A DNA stretch of 64,000 nucleotides from a virus (IMGVR_UViG_3300036803_000075:32001-96000), one strand, 5' to 3'; counted from the first letter of the stretch, positions 35,520 through 45,970 are shown. Notes: generated by a model from the letters alone, not told the origin. Numbers and translations are program-made.

Positions 35520-36191
35520 CTACCCCTTGTTCTTCACGATGTCATTGTTGGCGATGTTCGCGGCGGTAAGAGCGTTCGGCCCGTTGAAGGCACTTGCGGT
35601 CCACCCGATACCGTCACTGATCCGAGCGATGTAAGCCTCGATGGCCTGCTGCTTTTTCGTGTCAATGACACCGTTGCTCGTGCCAGCCCGCACTAACTGA
35701 CCAGAGGCATCCTGCTCAACGAAGAGCGCTAGCTGATATTGATAGGAGAACTTCCCCTGCGTATGTGAGATCGCATTGTTTCCGGCTGTCGGGTCAGTGA
35801 TCGACTTGATATAGACCGAAAACCGCCAGCCCTTGGGCGGGTAATGGAAGATGGCCGGCGCAGCCGTCTTGCGACGCACAGGGGTCAGAAGGGAGTAATC
35901 CACCTGGTGCTGCTGCATGTCCCTGATCTTGGCCACGAAGGCCTCAGCGAGCCTCCAAGACCGGCCGGGGTGGTCAACAATTCCCGGAGCCGCCTTGCCC
36001 TTGGAGTGATCCTCTCCGTACGAGCCACTGATGGTGATGTCTGACAGGGTGGCTCCTACGACCTGCACCACACGACCACCCAGGGTGTTGGTCACCGAGG
36101 TGTTGATCTGGAAGTTCCATGAGATCTCATTGGGGTCTACGCGGAAGGCAATTTGAGGTCCGCCCGCGAATCCCAGCGTCGCTACTCCCAT
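35520..36191 (-). CDS. Putative tail-tube initiator/baseplate protein
   Basis: Immediately after the tape measure; F.VDP..I...T.GG.VVQ pattern. Confidence 0.6.
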   Translation of the reverse strand: MGVATLGFAGGPQIAFRVDPNEISWNFQINTSVTNTLGGRVVQVVGATLSDITISGSYGEDHSKGKAAPGIVDHPGRSWRLAEAFVAKIRDMQQHQVDYSLLTPVRRKTAAPAIFHYPPKGWRFSVYIKSITDPTAGNNAISHTQGKFSYQYQLALFVEQDASGQLVRAGTSNGVIDTKKQQAIEAYIARISDGIGWTASAFNGPNALTAANIANNDIVKNKG

Positions 36192-38467
36192 TAGTTGAAC
36201 AACCTCCCCGTGATCACATCGGTGGGATTAGGCGGAGTAGTCGTCGTGCCGGAGTCCGAGTTAGCGCCGCTGATCAGTCCCGCCGGCCAGGTGACGATCT
36301 TGAAGATCTTCTTGGCCTCGTCGGAAAGGTCGACAATGACGTTGCTCTTGCCGTCCGAGGTCGGCAGCGATCCCGAGTAAGCGCTACCCACTCCCGCCTT
36401 GCCCTTGTCCTGGGCCTCCTTGGACCAGTCCGCACCAGTGTCCGTAACGCCAGCGACATCACCACTAGTCTGGCCTTTGAGGTTGCCAGTGGAGAAGGTC
36501 ACCTGACCGGCAGCTACCTCGTTCGGGAAGTTCTTAATGGCATCCGCCAGGCTCATCTCCCGCTTACCCCCGTATGCGGACACGACCACTTTCAGGGAGT
36601 CAATATCGACCCCCTTCTGCTTCAGGCTGGTCAGCAGCTGCTCAATAGCCCCGTACTGCTTCCCACCCGTCTTGGCCAGATCGACATACGCCTGCTCCGC
36701 TTTGCTCGTGGCGCCGCCGCCAGCACCCGCTCCGGATCCAACATCCGGCAACCCCAAGGCCTTACTGATGCCGGGGCTCAAGCCCAGTGGGGAACCCAGC
36801 CCGGAGATACCACTACCCAGCTTCTGCCAGACCGAGGTGTTCGCACCTTGCGTCTTAGTGAACTTGTCCAGACCAGCCTGAGTGGTGGCGTGCTGCCCTG
36901 CCAGCGCCTGGTCCTGGGCCGCCTGGGCACCTTCGGTATTGCCAATCATCTGCTGAATGGCCCACTGAATGGCAGTCGACCGGTCCAAAGTGCCACCGGA
37001 GTACATCGCCAACTGCTGGGCGTCAGCATCCATATTGGGGTGTGAGCCAGCGAACTGCCGGTAGAAGTCCTGGGCGATCTTGGCGACCAGGTTAGGGTCT
37101 TTCTTGACCGCTGCCGCGCCGCCGTACTTCTGAGCTTGTGCCTTGACCCAAGCCTGTTCCTGCGCAGTGAACAGCTGATTGACAATGCTCAAGTCCTGCG
37201 TCGTACGCAGCTGGGCTGCTGCCGTCGGGTTGCTGCTCTGCAGGTTGACGTACTGGGTCTGGCTCATTCCAGCTCGGCCGGCCACCATGTACTCGTACTG
37301 AGCCGACGTACGGCCGGTGAAGTCGGTGTTCTCGAAGGAACGTCCATAGCTCGCCTGAGTCTCGGTGGTGCTCCGAGCAAATGCCACGGCACCTGAGCCA
37401 TACCCACGAGTGGTTGCTACCGCGAGAGTGTTGACGAGCGCCTTGCGCATCATCTCGGCGTTGACGCCGGCCTTACCAGCGGTGTCCGAGACATCCTTGA
37501 GGGCCTTGGAAAGCTCGCCCAGGCTGATGCGACTATCCCGGCTGGCTACCTCTAGCGTGCCCAGACTTTCCTCAACGCTGGCACCGTAGTTCATCTTTCC
37601 AGAGGAGAGGAAGTTCAAGGCACCAGCCCGGCTGTTGTTGTACTGATCCCCCGCCTTGGAGTTGTAGCCGATCCGAGTAACACCCTTGTACGCCTGCCGA
37701 GCCTCCTCCTCGTTGTAGATGCCCATGGTCTGCCAGCGGTATCCCTCTTCACGGATACGCTCACCGAAGCCGGCAAAATTCGAGCCACCTTCGATGTTCT
37801 GGTAATACGCATTTTTGTTTCTCTGGCTGCGAACCTCAGCGATGATGTCGTTGACCGTCCCCACAAAGGGGATGTTCTTGGTGATCGAGTCCATGATGCC
37901 GCTAGAAGCGCCCTGGCCACCTGGAGCTGGACCACCTGAGGGCCCGCCAGCCGGACCACCTGGCTGACCAGGTCCAGGGGGAGGCCTATTGCCGCCGCCG
38001 CTACCGCCACCAGTTCCTCCAGGAGGAGGTGTGCCATTGCCGCCGAGGGAACCAGGACCAGAAGACCCTCCTACGCCCCCTGAGCCGCTCCCTCCGCCAC
38101 CACCGCCTCCACCCCCACCAGAACCAGGCGGAGTCGACCTCGTCTGTCCTGCGAGCAGTGAGGCGGCATTCTGGGTCACCCCCTGCTGGATACCGCCCAA
38201 CGTGCCGATCGTCCGGCCATCGCTACCACCCTTGGGGGCAGCCTTGGTCTGGCCGGCGGTGAAGTCGCGGGTGGTCTGACTGACCGCCCGACGTGCGTCG
38301 GAGACGGATCCAATCGACCCGTCTCCAAAACGCTGCTGCATGTCGACAGCGGCGACGAAGTTCTTGCCCGTCTGCTCCATCGCCTGGGTATAGGCACCGA
38401 GCTTGGTAATGGCAGCGTTCAGTCCCTGAGCGACATCCTGCTGGCCTGCAATCGCGGTGTCAGGCAT
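36191..38467 (-). CDS. Tape measure protein
   Basis: Ala/Gly/Gln-rich helical protein directly after the tail chaperones. Confidence 0.72.
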   Translation of the reverse strand: MPDTAIAGQQDVAQGLNAAITKLGAYTQAMEQTGKNFVAAVDMQQRFGDGSIGSVSDARRAVSQTTRDFTAGQTKAAPKGGSDGRTIGTLGGIQQGVTQNAASLLAGQTRSTPPGSGGGGGGGGGGSGSGGVGGSSGPGSLGGNGTPPPGGTGGGSGGGNRPPPGPGQPGGPAGGPSGGPAPGGQGASSGIMDSITKNIPFVGTVNDIIAEVRSQRNKNAYYQNIEGGSNFAGFGERIREEGYRWQTMGIYNEEEARQAYKGVTRIGYNSKAGDQYNNSRAGALNFLSSGKMNYGASVEESLGTLEVASRDSRISLGELSKALKDVSDTAGKAGVNAEMMRKALVNTLAVATTRGYGSGAVAFARSTTETQASYGRSFENTDFTGRTSAQYEYMVAGRAGMSQTQYVNLQSSNPTAAAQLRTTQDLSIVNQLFTAQEQAWVKAQAQKYGGAAAVKKDPNLVAKIAQDFYRQFAGSHPNMDADAQQLAMYSGGTLDRSTAIQWAIQQMIGNTEGAQAAQDQALAGQHATTQAGLDKFTKTQGANTSVWQKLGSGISGLGSPLGLSPGISKALGLPDVGSGAGAGGGATSKAEQAYVDLAKTGGKQYGAIEQLLTSLKQKGVDIDSLKVVVSAYGGKREMSLADAIKNFPNEVAAGQVTFSTGNLKGQTSGDVAGVTDTGADWSKEAQDKGKAGVGSAYSGSLPTSDGKSNVIVDLSDEAKKIFKIVTWPAGLISGANSDSGTTTTPPNPTDVITGRLFN

Positions 38468-38470
38468 CTC

Positions 38471-38932
38471 CTACACCCATTCTCTGTCACTGTCGGCCGA
38501 GGCCATCGCCCCTTCCGATTCCTCCGGTACGCCCACCCTCTGGTTGTTCACCATCGCCATCAGCAGGCGCTGTGTCTCCTCGAACTCCTCTACCGTGCTG
38601 CCCTCCGTCGGACTGACCCAGTCCACTCCGGAGTAGTCCATTCGATCTTCAACGTCGTCGTCGCTGAGGTATCGATCCGGGAAGGCCTGGGACACCGGTA
38701 CGCCCTGGGAGACCAGGGAAAGCCGGATGTCGAAGTCCTCACGCTGCTCTCTATCGAACACCCGCTGGTCGGACTCTTGCTTGGCTTTCGCCTCGTCCAT
38801 GGCCAACAGCAGCTCGACCGCCAAGACCTGCACGGCGGAGAGGGAAAGACCTGTTAGAAGTCCTCGTCGTTCGGCGAGCCGGAGCTGGCGTTCGAGCCAG
38901 GGGTCGACACCGGCTCGCCCGATGCTTTTCCC
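38471..38932 (-). CDS. Tail assembly chaperone, -1 frameshifted extension (GT-like)
   Basis: The -1 frame is open from slippery G GGA AAA (38932-38926) into track ORF 38471-38833. Confidence 0.8.
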   Translation of the reverse strand, partial: GKSIGRAGVDPWLERQLRLAERRGLLTGLSLSAVQVLAVELLLAMDEAKAKQESDQRVFDREQREDFDIRLSLVSQGVPVSQAFPDRYLSDDDVEDRMDYSGVDWVSPTEGSTVEEFEETQRLLMAMVNNQRVGVPEESEGAMASADSDREWV

Positions 38933-39465
38933 ATCGCGTCGATCACCTGCTGGACCTGCTGCTCCAGGTCAAGGAACTCTTCGTACGCCTTGTCGATGGT
39001 GTACGGGAACCAGCGCGTCCGAACGTATTCGAACCTCTGATACGCCCAGCCAAACCGGTTGTCCGGTTCCTCGAACGGAATAGACAGTTCCTTGCCATCT
39101 ACCGTCACGATCGCCATCGCTACCACCGCCGTGGTGTATGCCTTCATCTCACCTGCGGTGCCCTGCCAGTCCTTTATCAGAGTCGCTGTCGTCAGATGTT
39201 CGTCCTGCCGGAGTGTCCGGATGACGAACTCGTGACCCAGGAAACGAAAGGTTTTGGTGAGGGCTCCGAGATAAAGGAGGCCACTGAGCGGCTCTACATA
39301 TCGCGGGTCGAACGGTACGACGAGATCCTCTGCGTCGGCACCCGGTTGTGGCTCCTGATCGCCCCCCGGAGCTGTGCTCAACGGGGGCGGGCCTGAGAAT
39401 GTGGGGCGAACGCTGTCTGGATCGTATGAGGACAGAAGGCTTCCATCCCCAGGCGTCACCGGCAT
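38854..39465 (-). CDS. Tail assembly chaperone (G-like)
   Basis: Between tube and tape measure; contains MGK encoded by a slippery heptamer. Confidence 0.8.
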   Translation of the reverse strand: MPVTPGDGSLLSSYDPDSVRPTFSGPPPLSTAPGGDQEPQPGADAEDLVVPFDPRYVEPLSGLLYLGALTKTFRFLGHEFVIRTLRQDEHLTTATLIKDWQGTAGEMKAYTTAVVAMAIVTVDGKELSIPFEEPDNRFGWAYQRFEYVRTRWFPYTIDKAYEEFLDLEQQVQQVIDAMGKASGEPVSTPGSNASSGSPNDEDF

Positions 39466-39486
39466 ATGTGTGCTCCTTTCCTGGCT

Positions 39487-40005
39487 TTACGCCTGCTTGA
39501 GCGCCTGGCTGTGGGTGTACGCCACAGTGATTCCCTTGGTCACGGCCAAACTGCCCACCGTGATGGTGTCACCGTCATTGATATCCACCACCACGCAGTT
39601 CAAGTACGTCTTGCCGCGCCACTTGCCGGGGGTGTTCTGGGTCCCCGGCGGCTTGATGATCGTTTGACAGGTCACATAGTTCGGGTCCTGAGCCAGAAAC
39701 TGAAAGATGTCGACGATGTTCTGAGCGGTCGCCAGACCGTCCAACTGCTGCCAAACCGGAGCGTTCCACAGCTCACGAATGGTGAGCTGTAGCGTGCCGC
39801 CCTGCAGTACTCGGCTGGTCGCGATCTCCACCGGGTGGGAGTACCCCAAGGGGTGGATGAACTGGTACGGCTGCCCGAGATCAGAGAAAGCGCGTTGGCC
39901 GCTGTCCTCCACACCCTCACAGAAGGCGATGGGCTTACCACGGTAATTAAATGTGGTAAATCCGCTACCGACGACACGGACTTGCGTTTGCGGCAAGATC
40001 AACAT
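39487..40005 (-). CDS. Tail tube protein
   Basis: ~170-aa beta-rich ORF following the sheath; IHPLG...P.EI...GTL motif. Confidence 0.75.
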   Translation of the reverse strand: MLILPQTQVRVVGSGFTTFNYRGKPIAFCEGVEDSGQRAFSDLGQPYQFIHPLGYSHPVEIATSRVLQGGTLQLTIRELWNAPVWQQLDGLATAQNIVDIFQFLAQDPNYVTCQTIIKPPGTQNTPGKWRGKTYLNCVVVDINDGDTITVGSLAVTKGITVAYTHSQALKQA

Positions 40006-40064
40006 CTCCCTTCATACAGGTCAGGGGCCTGATAAAGAGTTGTGAAGTCGCCCCAGTTTTTACC

Positions 40065-40769
40065 GTGGTAGAGTCGGTCTCCATGATGACTGAAGAAGAA
40101 CTCCGCAGACTCGTTTCCATGAGCGCTCTGGAGCACCGGTTCTGGGCCAAGGTCCAGATCGTGGACGATGACAACTCCTGCTGGGAGTGGACTGCCGCCA
40201 GACATCCTGATGGATATGGCCACTTCCAGATGACCCCTCCAGGAGAAGAAGTCAACCGGGCCGTCAATGCCTCTCGGGTCGTCCTGATGTTTCAGACCGG
40301 AGCTATGCCTGTTGTCGCCTGCCATACCTGCGATAACCCGCCATGTGTCCGGCCTAGTCATCTCTACGACGGGAATTGGGCCACTAACGGTGCGGACAAA
40401 GCTGCCAGAGGACGAGCCCGAGGGAAGACCAACCAGCGTGGTGAATCCAACGACTCCGCCGTCCTCACTGATGCCATCGTGATCGAGGCCCGCCAGCGCG
40501 CCCGTGCGGGCGAAGGAGTCAAGGCCATCGCCCAAGCGCTCAGTGTCGGAAGAGCCACTATCAACTACGCCATCATCGGGACGACCTGGAGTCACCTCGA
40601 CCCCATCGAACCAGCCGTCGCGATCAGCAATCGCAAAGGCCGAGGCAAGCTCACTAATGCCCAGATCGCCGAGATCAAGGCCCTCAAAGGCAAGCGTCTG
40701 GGTATCGAGGTAGCTGCCGAGTACGGGATCTCCCCCTCGGCGGTCACTTACCACTGGCGTCGTCATTAG
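40065..40769 (+). CDS. Free-standing HNH homing endonuclease with C-terminal HTH-like domains
   Basis: RFWAKV...CWEW...GYG.F...ACHTCDNPPCVRPSHL..G....N..D; antisense insertion between sheath and tube. Confidence 0.9.
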   Translation: MVESVSMMTEEELRRLVSMSALEHRFWAKVQIVDDDNSCWEWTAARHPDGYGHFQMTPPGEEVNRAVNASRVVLMFQTGAMPVVACHTCDNPPCVRPSHLYDGNWATNGADKAARGRARGKTNQRGESNDSAVLTDAIVIEARQRARAGEGVKAIAQALSVGRATINYAIIGTTWSHLDPIEPAVAISNRKGRGKLTNAQIAEIKALKGKRLGIEVAAEYGISPSAVTYHWRRH

Positions 40770-42319
40770 GTCACAGCCGAGGTGGCGTTGCCGAGATCAG
40801 AAGCGCCCGTGGACAGGTCGATCGAGAAGGCCACGGTGATGTAGTTCAACGGCACCGCCGGCAGGTACTGGAAGCGGCATTCGATAATCGTCGGGTCACC
40901 TGAGGGGACGGTCTGCTGGCGCACCGCGACATTGGCGTAGTCGACGATGACGTTGGTCAGCTTGGCGGTCTCCAGGATGCCCACCAGAGCCGACTTCACC
41001 CTCGTGGTCATGTCCGCCGTGATCGGCTCGCCGATCAGTCCGGAGTTGTCCATGCCGGCGAAGATGTCAGCGAAGAGCGTGTCGCCCTGCCGGGTGAGAC
41101 TGATCTCCCGGGTGTTCAGGGCGGTCATGTCGGTAGCCACGCCATGCCGGCACTGAAGGTTGGTACTGCGATTCAGCTCGAAGACACAGACGCCATTCCG
41201 GGACAGGTTGTCCTTGTACGACTTGGCCATCTTCTGGAAAACGCTGGACGGCAGCCCCGAGAAGCCATTCACCGACAGCTTGGTCAGGCCACGCTGTACC
41301 GCGCCGGCCGCTAGGAGCCCCGTAGCCGCCGCCGCCAGGTAGTGCCCATCGGTATCCACCACCCGGTTAACCGCGCCGTTGTAGTAGCTCACACGCGCGG
41401 GATAGGTCAGCACAACCCGCTTGCTTGCTACCGCTGTCGAGACCAGAGAGAAGTCCGTAGTGGACTCGTACTCCTTCGGCGCTCCCACAAAAGCGATGCG
41501 GCCATAGCCGTCGTTCGAGGAGTTGACACAATGCGATTTCAGATCGTTGATGAAGCTCGCCAGCGTCGGGGCGTTGGTCACCGAACCGGTCTCGGTGACC
41601 CCCACGAACAGCGGGACGAGCATCGTGACCCGGTAGTCCGCCTCTAGCTTGACGTAGGCGTTCTTGAACTGATCCCGCAAGGTGATGGTGTTGTTGGTCT
41701 GGTCGACCGGTACGCAGAGCACCGAGTTGGCACCGTTGGTAAACGCCATCTGAGCCGCCAGCGTCATGGGGCTCAGAATGGTGCCCGCAGTATCGATGTC
41801 GGTCGAGACGGCGTCTCCGTACCGCTGACCCACCAGATCCGGGTCGTCCATCTCGGTGGGCGTGTAATACGAGCTGTCCGCGTAGGTGTAGGTAATGACG
41901 ATCGGGTCGCCGTCAGCCAGCCCCCCAGGGCTCGCCTGTGCCGGGTTCTGGGGGTTGCTGATGTCTGAGGACAGCCGGCGGATCAGAGTCTTGGCATTCG
42001 ACGGGCCGCCGCCGTCAGTTGTGTCCACTGTGAAGGCATAGTCAACATCGGCCGTCAGCAGCGTGCCATCGGTCTTGGTGACCACCGGGACAGGTGCGTT
42101 GACGGGGTTGGAGCCGCTGACAAAGACGCCCCGGTTCAGCAGCACGGTGTTGGTCTGTGAGAAGAGCTGGAAGCTCTCCGTAGCGTTCTGGTAACCGCGC
42201 GATGGACCAACAATGGTCACCGTTGACGTGGGGATCCCAGTCGCCACCACGATCGGCTGGCTGGTGTCCTCTACGTATACGCCCGGCGGAACGTAGCGCG
42301 TGAAATCCGCGATGGCCAC
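40766..42319 (-). CDS. Contractile tail sheath protein
   Basis: Y.PPGVYVED N-terminus; LAAA..G, L..NGV.V...RHGV.TD, Y.PA.PLNYI.V.F C-terminus. Confidence 0.9.
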   Translation of the reverse strand: MAIADFTRYVPPGVYVEDTSQPIVVATGIPTSTVTIVGPSRGYQNATESFQLFSQTNTVLLNRGVFVSGSNPVNAPVPVVTKTDGTLLTADVDYAFTVDTTDGGGPSNAKTLIRRLSSDISNPQNPAQASPGGLADGDPIVITYTYADSSYYTPTEMDDPDLVGQRYGDAVSTDIDTAGTILSPMTLAAQMAFTNGANSVLCVPVDQTNNTITLRDQFKNAYVKLEADYRVTMLVPLFVGVTETGSVTNAPTLASFINDLKSHCVNSSNDGYGRIAFVGAPKEYESTTDFSLVSTAVASKRVVLTYPARVSYYNGAVNRVVDTDGHYLAAAATGLLAAGAVQRGLTKLSVNGFSGLPSSVFQKMAKSYKDNLSRNGVCVFELNRSTNLQCRHGVATDMTALNTREISLTRQGDTLFADIFAGMDNSGLIGEPITADMTTRVKSALVGILETAKLTNVIVDYANVAVRQQTVPSGDPTIIECRFQYLPAVPLNYITVAFSIDLSTGASDLGNATSAVT

Positions 42320-42403
42320 TCGGTCACTCCTCCCGCCCTGGACTGCCGCTCTCTACCCCTTCGTCGTGCTAGGCAGGAGAGGAACAGGGAGAGAGGCTGG
42401 CGC

Positions 42404-43048
42404 CTAGTGCCAGTCGGAAGGACCGCCTGGACCCACGATCGGGACCTCCACCAGTGGGCCTTCATCGACCTCCGTGGCGGTAAAGGTGACCCCACTCAAT
42501 GGCAGCAGGGCGCCGGTCGCATCGTCCACCACGATCTCGCCGATGACCTCCATATTGAGACCACGCTCGTAGATCAGCTCGTCCGTGCCCCACGGCGTGC
42601 CCGGGGCCGCCACTGACCCCTTGGGCTCGATCTGGTCGAAGTCGAAGTTGCACGCGATGAAGTCGTTGTTCTCTATGTAGGTACGGAACTGCGCAGTGGC
42701 CGGGCTCTGCCGGCCGAAAGCCATGACGCGCACGACCTCGTCATAAAGATCATCTCGCTCCTGGCTGGTGAGGGCCACCAGGGTCAACGAGATATACCCC
42801 TGGAACCGCCACCGGGTACTCGGAACAAAGCCGCCATGGCCGTCCGGGTTGAACTCGGTGTGGTCGATACCGGCGATAGCCAAGCTCGCCGAGTCTTCGT
42901 AGTCCACCCAGATCGACGGGTACTCCTGAACATCGATCGGGTACTCCACTGAGCAGTGGACATTCCTGAACCGGGTATTGGGATATTCACCGTCGAAGGT
43001 CTGCTCAAGCGCTTCCTTGACCGTCGTCTTAAGGAATCGGAGGTACAT
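42404..43048 (-). CDS. Tail completion/terminator protein
   Basis: Upstream of the sheath; YP.I.VDY, ALTSQERD.LYD. Confidence 0.65.
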   Translation of the reverse strand: MYLRFLKTTVKEALEQTFDGEYPNTRFRNVHCSVEYPIDVQEYPSIWVDYEDSASLAIAGIDHTEFNPDGHGGFVPSTRWRFQGYISLTLVALTSQERDDLYDEVVRVMAFGRQSPATAQFRTYIENNDFIACNFDFDQIEPKGSVAAPGTPWGTDELIYERGLNMEVIGEIVVDDATGALLPLSGVTFTATEVDEGPLVEVPIVGPGGPSDWH

Positions 43049-43767
43049 CAGGCGCTCCTCATGGCAGCTCGCCAGCGGTTATCGCACAGATAGATCCGTA
43101 CGGGCAGGATCCCATGCCACTGGGCGGCCAACGTGATCGCGTTGTTGATGAACAGCCGGGGGGAGATCCCCGGGTGACGCCAGCGCACACCCACATTCCC
43201 CCGAGCTATAGCCCCGCCACGCTTTCCGGGTGTGGTGAGTGGTGCGCCGGCCTGACGAACGTTGATGCGACCTGGAGCGCCCGGATAGGAGGCGGGTACG
43301 TCAGAGACGATCCTGGCAATTTTAGTTTTTGGGTCAATCCTTGTCTTCTGGATCCGCTGACCCTGCTTGGCGGCCTTGCGAAAGATCAGCACCTGAGTCT
43401 TACCGGACATGGTGATCCGAGTCTTCGCCTTGGGATTGCGTACGCGCTCTTGGCCCGTAGGGTCATCAATCCACATGGGAACGACCTTGCCGGCCAGCCT
43501 GTTCATCGTAAAGGCCCGGATGCCGTGGTCCTGATACCACACATACGAGTCCATCCACCGCACGCCGAAATAGCCGCGACCCCACACCGGCTGGAGTCGG
43601 TTGGAGCTGGCTCCGGTCGCCTTAGGCATTTTTTTCTTGGCCTCACGGGTGGCCGCCAGGGCGCACATCCGGGCACGTGCAGGATCCAGTCCCTTGACGA
43701 CCATGATGGCTCGGTCTGGATTGGTGGTTAAGGCCAGCTCAGCGGTTTCGAGTAAGATTTTGTACAC
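43048..43767 (-). CDS. Basic head-tail connector/neck protein
   Basis: P.ATG, Y...G..FT, W.HPG..P..F pattern of HK97 gp10-like proteins. Confidence 0.55.
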   Translation of the reverse strand: MYKILLETAELALTTNPDRAIMVVKGLDPARARMCALAATREAKKKMPKATGASSNRLQPVWGRGYFGVRWMDSYVWYQDHGIRAFTMNRLAGKVVPMWIDDPTGQERVRNPKAKTRITMSGKTQVLIFRKAAKQGQRIQKTRIDPKTKIARIVSDVPASYPGAPGRINVRQAGAPLTTPGKRGGAIARGNVGVRWRHPGISPRLFINNAITLAAQWHGILPVRIYLCDNRWRAAMRSA

Positions 43768-43787
43768 CCCCTCCGGTCAAATAGAAT

Positions 43788-44525
43788 CTAGTCATCCCCC
43801 ACCGGCACGAGCGGACTCCGAATGTCCTCGTACGCCGCGAAGTCCTGTGGGGTCTTACCGGCCAATGAGAGCAACGTCAGCAGCGTCTGGTTGGGCGGCG
43901 GTATGTCGTAGGCCACAGACGCGCTGGGGTCCTCCAGAGACGCTCTGGCGTGGTTATAACCGATAGCGGTGGTCGACTGATGCGGGTGACCGAAACCCGA
44001 CCGCAGAGTCACCCTGGCGGGCACGCGCAGAAAGTATCGATCTCCACTGGTGCGGAACACATAGTCGCCTGAGCGAATACGGAAGTCTGGCGTGGACTCC
44101 ACCGACAGGTCGCTGGGATGCACCACACCGCGAGCCTGGACCTGCTCGGACTCATCTGTGTCCCCAAAAATGGCCGGCCGTACGATGAGCGCCTTGTAGC
44201 CGCCCTCAAATGTCGTCCCAAAGCAAATGGGACAACGGTTCTGCTGCGGCTGGCCGTACGCCTCGGAGATCCGACGCTCTTTGTCGTCAGCGCCCCAGCA
44301 GCGCGAGCATCGTGTCACCAGCCCGGCGGTGAAGTCCTGGATGTGCCACATCAGCGCGAACATCGCCCACTCTCCGAGCGAATACAGTGCCTCGGAATGC
44401 CGCAGGTGCTCTTGCTGGACGGCCCAGTCCTGCTGCTCCCGTACGTAATAGGGCTGGTAGGTGATCTTGTCGCCGGGCCCCGGGACCTCTTGGGGGATGG
44501 GAATAGGAATTGCCATCAGACCCAC
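43788..44525 (-). CDS. Neck/head-closure protein
   Basis: CxxCW...CPICFGT.FEGGY motif; synteny. Confidence 0.6.
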   Translation of the reverse strand: MGLMAIPIPIPQEVPGPGDKITYQPYYVREQQDWAVQQEHLRHSEALYSLGEWAMFALMWHIQDFTAGLVTRCSRCWGADDKERRISEAYGQPQQNRCPICFGTTFEGGYKALIVRPAIFGDTDESEQVQARGVVHPSDLSVESTPDFRIRSGDYVFRTSGDRYFLRVPARVTLRSGFGHPHQSTTAIGYNHARASLEDPSASVAYDIPPPNQTLLTLLSLAGKTPQDFAAYEDIRSPLVPVGDD

Positions 44526-44902
44526 ACCCCTCCTCTAGCCGCGTACGTCGTGGTGGAAACCCACACTCCACCCACGAGCTTGTAGACATTGAAATATCCT
44601 TGGCTAAGCGACGGCACCACCAATGCCGCGTACTGCACCTGAATTCGTGCCGTTGAGACAAAGGTAGTCGGTAGCGTCAGGACCCCATAGTGAACCTGCA
44701 GAAAACCCGAGGGGACCGCAACGCCCAGGTCCGCCCAGTGCACCTGAATGGTGGCGCTGGAGGGTGCACTGGGAATGGGCGTACGCAGCCAGGAGAAATA
44801 GGGGATCTTGGCTATCGGACGCAGCACCGTACGCAGAAAGGCAAACCTGACCGGCCGAGTAGTCGACAGGTTCGCATAGTGGACTTGTACGGTGACGGCC
44901 AT
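44516..44902 (-). CDS. Hypothetical virion protein with repeated VQVH(Y/W)A.L
   Basis: Four internal repeats; coupled ORF. Confidence 0.55.
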   Translation of the reverse strand: MAVTVQVHYANLSTTRPVRFAFLRTVLRPIAKIPYFSWLRTPIPSAPSSATIQVHWADLGVAVPSGFLQVHYGVLTLPTTFVSTARIQVQYAALVVPSLSQGYFNVYKLVGGVWVSTTTYAARGGVWV

Positions 44903-44905
44903 GGG

Positions 44906-45970
44906 TCAGCTCGCCGTGGCGGTAAAGCGCAGCCGCAGCGCGGTGTAGTCCGTAATGGACGCACACTGTGGGTCGGTCAGGGTGTGGGTGTAAAGCGTTC
45001 CCAGGCCTCCGCTCAGGGCCGGAATCGTCGTCTCCGTCCAGGTCGCTCGAACGGTGGTGTTTTCCATCAGGTCGACCACCACCGTCGAGGTGGTGGCACC
45101 ACCGGCCGTGGAAAGTACGTACTGAACCTGATAGCCGGTGTGGTTGGTCGGACCCGGGTCCGCCACCGTACTCAGGCCCACATTCAGGACCGAGCTGGTG
45201 GGCGCCGAGCCGGACTGGATGTAGGTGCTGTCATCCCGCGAGGACTCGCCGATATCCAGTGCCGCCGGACTCACCACTGGGACCGGAGTCCAGCCCGACG
45301 TGGCGACATCCGTATTCGGACGGGCGTACTGGCGCAGCACCTTGGGGGAAAGCGCCACCGTGTACATCACGGCCTGCGACGAGGTGTCCGTGGTCGTATA
45401 GGCGTGGTTTCCGTACGTACCGGTGACCTGATCGGCACCTATCCCCGCGATGACCGCCGAAGCCGCACCAGTCCCCGTGCCATAGGTGTCCACTCGCTTC
45501 GTCACCGCTCCTGGAACCGTCCAGGCGGTGTTGGTGGAACCCTTTTCGGTCAGCAGCTCGACAATCCAGCAGTTGTCCTGGGTCGTGGCCACATTGGGAG
45601 TGGTGTGCGTCGTTCCGGATACCGTCTCAGACACCTTGCTGAAGGCGTTGACAGCCTCGTTCAGGTCAGTCCCGGAATAGGCCACCATGACGATGCTGGA
45701 CTTGATGTTGGTGGACCAGGTCAGGGTGATAGTGGCACCCGCGTCAGCGGACGTGGCGATCTTCTTGAGCAGGCCATGGTTGGACGAGGACAGCGTGGTG
45801 GCCGATACCAACGTCCAGCCGCTTGGGGCGGTAATCGCATCCGTGGGGGTGCCATTGTTGGCGATCACCATCAGAAGGGCATCCCCCTGCACGATGGTGG
45901 ACGGAAGCACTATCGAGACGGGCGTGCCGCTCGACGAAACCGCTGCCGAGTCACGAAAGGCAATAGCCAC
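44906..45970 (-). CDS. Virion fibre/appendage protein
   Basis: Thr/Ser-rich beta protein; TAPSGWT motif. Confidence 0.6.
   Translation of the reverse strand: MAIAFRDSAAVSSSGTPVSIVLPSTIVQGDALLMVIANNGTPTDAITAPSGWTLVSATTLSSSNHGLLKKIATSADAGATITLTWSTNIKSSIVMVAYSGTDLNEAVNAFSKVSETVSGTTHTTPNVATTQDNCWIVELLTEKGSTNTAWTVPGAVTKRVDTYGTGTGAASAVIAGIGADQVTGTYGNHAYTTTDTSSQAVMYTVALSPKVLRQYARPNTDVATSGWTPVPVVSPAALDIGESSRDDSTYIQSGSAPTSSVLNVGLSTVADPGPTNHTGYQVQYVLSTAGGATTSTVVVDLMENTTVRATWTETTIPALSGGLGTLYTHTLTDPQCASITDYTALRLRFTATAS

Noticed and set aside
40006-40769. Group I intron around the HNH gene
   Set aside because: Flanking genes are intact, the HNH is antisense, and there is no room for a ribozyme core
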